Assembly (NCBI GenBank): GCA_964437525.1
Contig: CAYTHG010000002.1
Coordinates: forward strand, 1-46,094
Reading direction: 5' to 3'
Length of the DNA: 46,094 nucleotides
Source of the DNA: an uncultured Myxococcales bacterium
GTDB taxonomy: Bacteria; Myxococcota_A; SURF-8
Below, in pieces: positions 25,299 through 32,753 of the stretch. A program made the translations under genes and the position numbers. The notes beneath the pieces were generated by a model. The model was not told the DNA's origin. It was given only the letters and a program-made list of their open reading frames with translations, and did not search any database. The first letter of the stretch is position 1, and each line of letters begins with the position of its first letter.

Positions 25299-25591
25299 TT
25301 CCACTCCACCCCGCTCTCGCCGTTGCAGTAGTTTACATAGTCGGCAGAGCATTCGGCATCCAAAGCCCATAAAGCACAATCCAGGGCGCGGGAGTCATAA
25401 TAAATCTGCTGGTAGCAGTATTCACTGCAATTGCCGGGCTCGAAGCTTCCTTCAGGTAAACAGCTTTCCAGCTTCTGGCAGACCTTCAGGCACTTGTCCA
25501 GACCGTCGCCCATGCCTTCGTCACCGCAGGAGATGCAAGAAAGCAACAGCATCAACAGAACCAGCCAGCTTGTTATCGTTCGAAAAGACAT
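25295..25591 (-). CDS. Small 8-Cys lipoprotein (paralog B), ATGA-coupled to paralog A
   Basis: 98 aa. Signal plus lipobox ..LLLSCISC, then GDEGMG, then a C-x3-C-x5-C-x10-C-x3-C-x12-C-x8-C-x7-C scaffold. Its stop overlaps the start of 25032..25298. Confidence 0.7.
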   Translation of the reverse strand: MSFRTITSWLVLLMLLLSCISCGDEGMGDGLDKCLKVCQKLESCLPEGSFEPGNCSEYCYQQIYYDSRALDCALWALDAECSADYVNYCNGESGVEWK

Positions 25592-25919
25592 AACCTACCC
25601 GATTGAGAGCGGAAATTGCTTCAACTTCACTATACACCAAATTCATTATATTCAATATCAACACGATTTCCTGGAAAAATCCAGAACTTTCTACTTACTT
25701 AAACCAACAATCTTACATAGCTGTCATGCTGAACTAATTTCAAGGTGAAAAAGCACTAAGATCCATATATCGGGATAATGGTATACAAGAGGAAATCCTT
25801 AGCCATACACGCTTTTCATATGTAACAAGCACCGTGCTTTGTTTGTGGCTTGAGTACCTGTTGTGATATCATCCGGCTGTTTTGCAATCGGTGCATATTT
25901 GCACCTCTCGGAGAAATAC

Positions 25920-26645
25920 ATGACTGTTCGCCTGGATATAAAACTGGACGGCGTGGCCGTTTTGCGTTCGGCTGGAGACGGCATAAAACCCGACCCGGTG
26001 GTGGCTGCCAATTTAGTGGAGCTGGCCGGGGCCGACGGTGTCACAATGCATCTGCACGCCGACCGCTCGCATGTCAAGATGCGCGACTTGCAGGTCATCA
26101 AAGAAACCGTCGGGATTCCTTTGAATCTGGAATGCGCCGTTTTGGAAAAAATGCGCGAATATGCGCTGGAATTGCATCCTTCAAGCGTGACACTGGTTTC
26201 AGAACCGCTTGACGTAACCCATGACCGCGCCACACTGGAGCTTGCCAAATCCCGCGATCTGGTGGCATCTTTTATCGGACACTTGAAAGACTCGGAAATC
26301 GCGGCCTGCCTGTTTGTACCGCCCGATCTGGACGCCGTAAAGCTGGCCAAGCGTCTCGAAGCCGACATGGTGCTGTTAGATGCCGGAACCTATACACAAA
26401 CAAGTGACCGCAAGGTGCGCGAAAAAGAGTTACAACTGCTAGAAAACGCGCAACGACTGGCGCGCAAGCTGGGTCTGGGAGTACGCATCGGCGGCGGCAT
26501 AAACTATACCAACGTCGAAAAGCTGGCGGCTTTGAAACCCGATTGTCTGGTGGTCGGTCACGGTGTCATGTCCCGCGCTATTTTGGTCGGCATAGACCGC
26601 GCAGTGGGCGAGATGGTTCAGGCCATAGCCAAGGGCGTTATATAA
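25920..26645 (+). CDS. pdxJ: Pyridoxine 5'-phosphate synthase
   Basis: 241 aa from the ATG at 25920 (GGAG RBS). The motif DPVVAANLVELAGADGVTMHLHADRSHVKMRDL is PdxJ-like. Confidence 0.85.
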   Translation: MTVRLDIKLDGVAVLRSAGDGIKPDPVVAANLVELAGADGVTMHLHADRSHVKMRDLQVIKETVGIPLNLECAVLEKMREYALELHPSSVTLVSEPLDVTHDRATLELAKSRDLVASFIGHLKDSEIAACLFVPPDLDAVKLAKRLEADMVLLDAGTYTQTSDRKVREKELQLLENAQRLARKLGLGVRIGGGINYTNVEKLAALKPDCLVVGHGVMSRAILVGIDRAVGEMVQAIAKGVI

Positions 26646-26668
26646 ATCCAATAATTTCAGAGGGCATT

Positions 26669-28228
26669 ATGCAGAAACTGGCGCTGGCCGAACAGATACG
26701 AGAATGCGACAGGATATCTATCAACGAGCGCGGCTTCATCGGCTGCCAGCTCATGGAAGTGGCGGGATTTGCCACGGCTCGCGGCATACTTGAAACAGAA
26801 AGCGTAGCGCACGAGGCGGCTATCTTTTGCGGCTCCGGCAACAACGGCGGCGACGGCTTTGTGGTAGCGCGCTACCTGTCCGCCGCAGGCTGGCGTGTGG
26901 ATGTCTTTTTATTGTCCGACCCTCAAAAACTCACAGGCGATGCCAAGTTGAACTTCGATCGGCTGGAAGTTTTACCCGTCAACAAATACCGCATCGACGA
27001 ACCCGGCTTAGATGACTTCGAACAATACTGGTGCGGCGACGGTGTTATCGTTGACGCACTTTTGGGAACCGGGCTTTCAAAGCCGGTTACAGGACTTTAC
27101 GCCCGCGCAGTGGCGGCTATCAACAGTGTCGATGGCTACAAGGTCGCTGTGGATATCCCCTCGGGCTTGAACGCCGACAACGGACAGGTGATGGGCGTGG
27201 CGACTTCGGTCGATGTCACCTATACCTACGGTCTGCGCAAACTGGGGCAGGCATTGCAACCGGGCGCTTCCATGTGCGGCAAGGTTCACACAGTCGATAT
27301 CGGACTGCCGCCGGATGTCATCGAAGGTCAAGGCATCAGTCATTACCTCATGGAAGAAGACGACATACGCGCCGAAGTCAAGCCGCGCATGGTCGAGGCT
27401 CACAAGGGCCTCTACGGACACCTGCTGCTTTTAGCCGGATCTTGTGAGAAACCGGGCGCGGCATCACTAGCCTGCGATGCGGCGCTGTCCTCGGGCGTAG
27501 GTCTTTTGACGCTGGCCAGCCACCCGATAGTGGCGCAAATAACATTACCGCGCCTGCCTGAAGTAATGACGGCTTTGATAGAAGACCCGGCGGAGCTGGT
27601 CTTGAAACTGCCCGAGTTGATAGACGGCAAGTCCGCAGTCGCTGCCGGTCCCGGCTGGGGCGAGGATAAAAAGCTTTACGACGCGCTTTTGAGTTTGTGC
27701 GCGTCTTTCAAACTTCCCATTATACTGGACGCCGACGCCTTGAATCTTCTGGCCAAGGGCGATCCCATCCACTTTGTCAACCGTTCGCGAAACGGCTATG
27801 CCACAGTACTGACGCCGCATCCAAAAGAAGCAGCGCGGCTTTTGGGCATAGATACAACCGAAGTGCTGGCCGACAGAGTGCAGACAGTCCGTGCCATCGC
27901 CGGACGCTATGGAGCCATAGTGGTCTTGAAAGGCGCATCGACCCTGATCTGCGACGGTGAAAATGTCTTCGTCAACCCGACCGGAAACCCCGGCATGGCA
28001 AGCGGCGGCTCAGGCGACGTTTTGACAGGTTTGATAGGCGGCATACTGGCTAAAGGGCTAGACCCATTGGCTGCCGTGCAGAAGGCGGTATTTTTACACG
28101 GACTGGCAGGCGATCTGGCAGCCGACAGACTGGGCGAGCGCGGGCTTTCCGCCTCAGACATCAGCGCCGCCGTTCCCGAGATCTGGCGCATGTGGGAGGA
28201 AGGCCGTGCCGTTTTGCTTGACAAGTAA
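26669..28228 (+). CDS. nnr: Bifunctional NAD(P)H-hydrate repair enzyme (epimerase/dehydratase)
   Basis: N-terminal YjeF_N motif CGSGNNGGDGFV. C-terminal carbohydrate-kinase-like motifs AAGPGWG and GGSGDVLTGLIGG. ATG at 26669 with GAGGG RBS. Confidence 0.85.
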   Translation: MQKLALAEQIRECDRISINERGFIGCQLMEVAGFATARGILETESVAHEAAIFCGSGNNGGDGFVVARYLSAAGWRVDVFLLSDPQKLTGDAKLNFDRLEVLPVNKYRIDEPGLDDFEQYWCGDGVIVDALLGTGLSKPVTGLYARAVAAINSVDGYKVAVDIPSGLNADNGQVMGVATSVDVTYTYGLRKLGQALQPGASMCGKVHTVDIGLPPDVIEGQGISHYLMEEDDIRAEVKPRMVEAHKGLYGHLLLLAGSCEKPGAASLACDAALSSGVGLLTLASHPIVAQITLPRLPEVMTALIEDPAELVLKLPELIDGKSAVAAGPGWGEDKKLYDALLSLCASFKLPIILDADALNLLAKGDPIHFVNRSRNGYATVLTPHPKEAARLLGIDTTEVLADRVQTVRAIAGRYGAIVVLKGASTLICDGENVFVNPTGNPGMASGGSGDVLTGLIGGILAKGLDPLAAVQKAVFLHGLAGDLAADRLGERGLSASDISAAVPEIWRMWEEGRAVLLDK

Positions 28229-28676
28229 GAGCGAGGAAGAGACACGCGAAATCGCCGAGAAGCTGGCGCCGCTTTTAAAAGCAGGTGACGTCATCGGGCT
28301 TTCGGGCGATCTGGGCGCAGGCAAGACGCGCTTTGCGCAAGGACTGGCGCGGGGACTGAGCGTACCTGAAAGCGTTTATGTCAATTCGCCCACCTTCACC
28401 ATAGTCAATGAATATCCGGGCCGCCTGCCCATGTATCACTTCGACCTCTACCGCATCTCTCACCCCGACGAGCTGTACGAAATCGGCTGGGAAGACTACA
28501 CCGCAGGCCAAGGCGTCTGCCTGGTGGAATGGTTCGCCGACTTTGAAGAAATGGCCCCCACCGAGCACCTGCACGTGGTGATGAGCATCAAAGACGAGCA
28601 GCGCGTGCTGGAGTTTATTCCTTCGGGCGAAAACTGGCGCGAGCGGCTGGAGGGCTTTGCGGGGATGATGGGTTAG
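28206..28676 (+). CDS. tsaE: tRNA threonylcarbamoyladenosine biosynthesis ATPase TsaE
   Basis: 156 aa with P-loop GDLGAGKTRFAQG, SPTFTIVNEY and HFDLYR motifs. The GTG start overlaps the end of nnr, giving the conserved nnr-tsaE order. Confidence 0.85.
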   Translation: MPFCLTSKSEEETREIAEKLAPLLKAGDVIGLSGDLGAGKTRFAQGLARGLSVPESVYVNSPTFTIVNEYPGRLPMYHFDLYRISHPDELYEIGWEDYTAGQGVCLVEWFADFEEMAPTEHLHVVMSIKDEQRVLEFIPSGENWRERLEGFAGMMG

Positions 28677-28713
28677 TTAGTACCCTGATCTTTCTCGCAT
28701 GTTTTCTGTATTT

Positions 28714-28740
28714 GTCGGGTAAAACATTTACCCGAGATAC
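28714..28740. repeat. REP hairpin (GGGTAAA subfamily)
   Basis: GTCGGGTAAA-aca-TTTACCCGAGATAC. Confidence 0.75.
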
Positions 28741-28763
28741 GCCTACTTAAATGGAGCCTGTTA

Positions 28764-29675
28764 ATGAATGAACCAACAATATTCAAAATTCATATTCGTC
28801 CTGAAAATAAAGAACCAACAAAATGTTTTGAGTATTGCTTAGCAAATAAAATACTTGGAGTAGGGTGGCAAGCCAAAGGGTGTGCTTCAGACTGTAACTG
28901 GGAAGAATATGAAAAACGATCTAAACACCATAAGAAAATCAATATTCCTAGGTATATCTACAACAATGTGAAGCCAGACGATCTGGTATGGACTCGTGAT
29001 GGTGTAGGTAGGTATTATCTCGCTAAAGTATTATCTGGGTGGGAATACCTTACAAATGAAGAGGCAGTTGCTGTGGATATTACCAATATATTCCGTTGCG
29101 ATATAAAGCCTGTTTCTGTCGAAGAAGATGAATCCAGTGTTGATCAGATCCCTGGCAAGGTCATTACAAGCTTCAGGAGCACAATGACAATTAATAGGAT
29201 CTTAGCACAAAACATATTGTGGTTCTCTAAATTGCTCTGGAACAAATTATCTGGGACAAGTTACTACAGCACTGATTTTGATCATAATGATAAAGATATT
29301 TTTGATTTCCTGGATACGGAAGCAGTAGAAGACATAGTTGCAATATATCTTCAAAGTAAGGGCTGGTGGCTTATTCCAAATTCAAGAAAAGCTGACACAA
29401 TGAGCTACGAATATTATCTAATCCACAATGAAACAAAAGAAAGAGCCATTGTTCAAGTCAAAACTGGCACAACAAAATTAAACTTAAATAGTTATCAATG
29501 CTATAGAGACAAAGTCTTTCTTTTTCAAGCAAGATCACTTTACGAAAACAAGAACGGAAACGATAATATTATATGTATCGAACCAGAAGAAGTCAGAAAC
29601 TTTATTAAAAACAATCTGAATTTAATGCCAAAGCATATTGCTTTTTGGTGGAATTATTTAAAAACCACGGCGTAG
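28764..29675 (+). CDS. AT-rich orphan gene: N-terminal PUA/EVE-like region plus C-terminal PD-(D/E)xK (Mrr/NucS-like) nuclease-like region
   Basis: 303-aa ORF with GGAG RBS and strongly AT-rich codons. C-terminal elements: EAVEDIVAIYLQSKGWWLIP, ADTMSYEYYLIH, ERAIVQVKTG (QxK). N-terminal elements: ILGVGW and KPDDLVWTRDGVGRYYLAKVLSGWEY. The function call is inference from motif order only. Confidence 0.45.
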   Translation: MNEPTIFKIHIRPENKEPTKCFEYCLANKILGVGWQAKGCASDCNWEEYEKRSKHHKKINIPRYIYNNVKPDDLVWTRDGVGRYYLAKVLSGWEYLTNEEAVAVDITNIFRCDIKPVSVEEDESSVDQIPGKVITSFRSTMTINRILAQNILWFSKLLWNKLSGTSYYSTDFDHNDKDIFDFLDTEAVEDIVAIYLQSKGWWLIPNSRKADTMSYEYYLIHNETKERAIVQVKTGTTKLNLNSYQCYRDKVFLFQARSLYENKNGNDNIICIEPEEVRNFIKNNLNLMPKHIAFWWNYLKTTA

Positions 29676-29844
29676 ATCAAGCTCCAACAGTGGGTGGGTG
29701 GCCACGACAAGTGGTGATTTTTGAAACACGAATGAATGGGTGGCATGGGCTAAGCGAAGCTTGGCCATGTGCAGACATTGAAACACGGGCAAGCTCCGTT
29801 TCACTCCGCTTGGCCCGTGGCACCCTTTGTTCGGGGCACCCGGC

Positions 29845-30105
29845 GTATTTCACGTTTTTTGTTGCCTCAGAATTTTCCAAAAGGGTTCGTTGCCAAGCTT
29901 TCAAGTGTCGCGGGTTCCCAATCGACACGGCATTTGCAGATCGTAATCTCTTTTGATTGTGCTTGTAAGGTTGGAGCAGGCTTGGAAGCACTGCTCCAAG
30001 CTGAGAGATTTGTGTCGGGCATGAAATTTGCCCGACCTGCCCGAGAAATTGCCCTTGTCCGAAAAGCAAATCCCGCGCCAATTCCCACCCACCCACCCGC
30101 GACGG
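29845..30105 (+). repeat. Composite ~260-bp repeat, copy 2, inside a 407-bp segment bounded by a 12-bp perfect inverted repeat (29690..29701 / 30085..30096)
   Basis: See copy 1 at 12518..12780. The flanking inverted repeat is GTGGGTGGGTGG ... CCACCCACCCAC. A REP-A unit is embedded at 30014..30040. Confidence 0.9.
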
Positions 30106-30248
30106 CTTACGTACTTTGGTTAGCCAAGGAATAATCCCTTGTTTTTTTTGGGTTTATTTACATTTATTATCCTGTCGGCATTATGGTATCATCAAATAAA
30201 TTGCGGGTATATTTCCTGATTCAGGTCTGAACGATAAGGAGCCTTGAT

Positions 30249-32492
30249 ATGAAAAAACTTAGTGAATTCTCTCGGATGGCGCTTGTTTTATTTGCCGTCC
30301 TAGTGCTTTTATCCGCTTGTGGCGGCAGCGATGACGAAGAGACAGATGGCGATCAGACTGGCGGAGATAAAGATATAGCAAGCGATGGCGATGACGCCGA
30401 TGGTGACGATGCCGACGGTGACGATGCCGATGGCGATGATGCCGATGGTGATGATGCCGATGGTGACGATGCCGATGGTGATGATGCCGATGGTGATGAT
30501 GCCGACGGTGACGATGCCGATGGTGATGAGGTTGACGGCGATGAGGTTGACGGTGATGTCGTTGACGGTGATGATGCCGACGGCGATGTAGTTGACGGCG
30601 ATGATGTTGACGGCGATGTCGTTGACGGCGATGTTGTTGATGGCGATGTCGTTGATGGCGATGTCGTTGACGGCGATGTCGTTGACGGCGATGTGGATCC
30701 CGATATGGATCTGGAGCAGTTCAACTTGTTGAATGTCTGGCACGTTCCTCAAAGCGAAGAACCGCCTTCAGTTACCATGCGCAATCCACTGCAGCCCGAG
30801 ACCGGAAGTCCCGTTTACTTTTATGTGGGTGGCTATCCGCAGACAACTATCTGGAGCGGCCAGCTTATCTGGCGGCAGGGCGACGATCGCTTCTGGAATA
30901 CAGTCGAGTTGGGTTTTGACAGCAACTCGGGCAGCAATGAATTCTGGATAGGTGATTTTGTGGTTTCCGACAACACGGATGAGATCGAATATTATTTCAA
31001 AGTCAATGGCGATCCTGCAAGCTTCGATACCACTTATGTTTACGGTGGCGACGACAGCACCGAGAAAAGCGGCTTGGAAGCCGATGCACTGGCCGATCCT
31101 TATACTTTTATTCCCAGCGTTGCAGTCGATGGCGACGAGGAAATCGAGATCGAAGTGGAAGAGGAAGTTTCTTACGATCTTTTGAATGTCTGGCATATTC
31201 CTGAAGACGAAGAACCGCCTACGGTTTCAATGCGCACGCCTATCGATCCCTATGCCGATGACAGGGTGTTCTTCTTTGTGGGCGGTTATCCCAAAGACGA
31301 CAACATCTGGGCCGCGCAGCTTGTCTGGAAGTACTCCGGCGATGCCTCGTGGACGGAAACGGAATTCAACTTTGAACAGAACGAAGGCGATAACGATTAC
31401 TGGAGAACCTATGTAGACCTGAGCGGCAGCCTGGAAAGCGTGGAATACTATATCAAGGTCGATGGCGATCCGGTTCAATACGACAGAACTTATATTTATG
31501 GTGCCGATGATGCCAGCAACACTACCGGAGTTGAGGCTACTGCTGTTGCGAGTCCTTATACCTTCACTCCGCAGGAAGTAGAGGACGGCGATGTGGATAC
31601 GGAAGATGAACCTGGACTAATCAACACCTGGCACATTCCCGAAAATGAGGAAATACCCGGCGTGACCATGCGCAGTCCTTTGGAACCCTATGCTTCCGAC
31701 ACGGTGACTTTCCAGCTTGGCGGCTACCCAAGCGGCAGTATATCAGTGGCGTATCTGTATTGGAGCAGCCCGGTCAAGCGAGCCTGGACGGAAGTCACCA
31801 TGAATTTCGACAGCATGATGGGCAGTAATGACTACTGGACTGCCAGTGTTGATCTGGATGGCAACGGCAATGCTTTTGAGTATTATTTCAAAGTGGAAAC
31901 GCTGGCGGAATCCTTGGTGACAACTTATGTCTACGGCGACAATTCCAACAGCAACACTTCTGCCGACAGCGCCGATGCACAGGCGGCACCTTTTGTCTTC
32001 ACACCGCTGGCGGACCCGGATGGAGACATCGATGAAGAGCCGGAGCTGGAACCTGAAATCGAACCCGAAGCTGAAGCGCAGCTCGATCTTTTGAATGTTT
32101 GGCACGTTCCTCAAAACGAAGAACCGCCTTCAGTTACCATGCGTAATCCGCTTTCACCTTCGGCAGGCAACACGGTTTATATTTATGTCGGCGGTTACCC
32201 CGAAAACGTGGTTTGGGGCGGTGAATTGCGCTGGCGTTATTCGTCCGAAGTGGATTTTAACAGCGTAGCATTGGGATTCGACAGCAACAACGGCAACAAT
32301 GCTTACTGGAATGCCTCTATAGAGCTTGATAGTGCCAAAGTCATGCCGATTTTTCAGTACTATCTGGTTGTAAACGGTGACCCTGAAACTTATGCTACAA
32401 CCTATGTCTATGGCAACAACACCAATACCTTCACCACCGAAATGCAGGAAGTAGCCGAGATGGGCGCTTATGAATTCATGCCGGCCAAGTAA
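30249..32492 (+). CDS. Large lipoprotein: acidic DGDDA/DGDVV linker plus four ~150-aa internal repeats (beta-sandwich-like), function unknown
   Basis: 747 aa with AAGGAG RBS and canonical lipobox LLSAC followed by GGSDDEE. The repeats start at nt 30726, 31179, 31617 and 32088, each opening L(L/I)N(V/T)WH(V/I)P..EE.P.V(T/S)MR.P and containing EYYFKV. Confidence 0.8.
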   Translation: MKKLSEFSRMALVLFAVLVLLSACGGSDDEETDGDQTGGDKDIASDGDDADGDDADGDDADGDDADGDDADGDDADGDDADGDDADGDDADGDEVDGDEVDGDVVDGDDADGDVVDGDDVDGDVVDGDVVDGDVVDGDVVDGDVVDGDVDPDMDLEQFNLLNVWHVPQSEEPPSVTMRNPLQPETGSPVYFYVGGYPQTTIWSGQLIWRQGDDRFWNTVELGFDSNSGSNEFWIGDFVVSDNTDEIEYYFKVNGDPASFDTTYVYGGDDSTEKSGLEADALADPYTFIPSVAVDGDEEIEIEVEEEVSYDLLNVWHIPEDEEPPTVSMRTPIDPYADDRVFFFVGGYPKDDNIWAAQLVWKYSGDASWTETEFNFEQNEGDNDYWRTYVDLSGSLESVEYYIKVDGDPVQYDRTYIYGADDASNTTGVEATAVASPYTFTPQEVEDGDVDTEDEPGLINTWHIPENEEIPGVTMRSPLEPYASDTVTFQLGGYPSGSISVAYLYWSSPVKRAWTEVTMNFDSMMGSNDYWTASVDLDGNGNAFEYYFKVETLAESLVTTYVYGDNSNSNTSADSADAQAAPFVFTPLADPDGDIDEEPELEPEIEPEAEAQLDLLNVWHVPQNEEPPSVTMRNPLSPSAGNTVYIYVGGYPENVVWGGELRWRYSSEVDFNSVALGFDSNNGNNAYWNASIELDSAKVMPIFQYYLVVNGDPETYATTYVYGNNTNTFTTEMQEVAEMGAYEFMPAK
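30384..30695. repeat. Coding 15-nt tandem repeat (GATGGTGACGATGCC-like, about 20 units) encoding (DGDDA)n then (DGD[VE]V)n
   Basis: Direct reading. The two sub-blocks differ by GAT GCC versus GTC GTT / GAG GTT. Confidence 0.9.
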
Positions 32493-32516
32493 ATAAGCAG
32501 TAATAACAATCTTTTG

Positions 32517-32547
32517 AAGGCGCGGTGCTTGCATCGCGCCTTTTTTG
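32517..32547 (+). terminator. Rho-independent terminator after the 747-aa lipoprotein gene
   Basis: AAGGCGCG-gtgcttgcat-CGCGCCTT followed by a T-run, 25 nt after the stop. Confidence 0.75.
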
Positions 32548-32651
32548 TGTTTTGGGCTGACATTTTCCTCCAGCGGCGGTGTTTCTATTTATGGAAGGCG
32601 CAATGAGCCTTTTTTAAGAGAGATACCTGATTATAAGAGGAGAGAGAATCG

Positions 32652-32720
32652 TCATTCCCGCGAAGGCGGGAATCCACAACAATATCAACGAAATAGACCC
32701 CCGCCTGCGCGGGGGTGACA
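32652..32720. repeat. Pair of GTCAT-family hairpins
   Basis: GTCATTCCCGC-gaag-GCGGGAATC (32652..32675) and CCCCCGC-ctgc-GCGGGGGTGAC (32699..32720). Confidence 0.8.
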
Positions 32721-32753
32721 TGGTTTTTTGGAGTTCTTCTTATACAAATATCA

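Noticed and set aside
30384-30695. CRISPR-like regular short repeats (also 21100..21345 and 1372..1467)
   Set aside because: The units are contiguous (15, 18 and 6 nt) with no unique spacers, are multiples of 3, and lie inside well-supported ORFs. They are coding tandem repeats, not CRISPR arrays.
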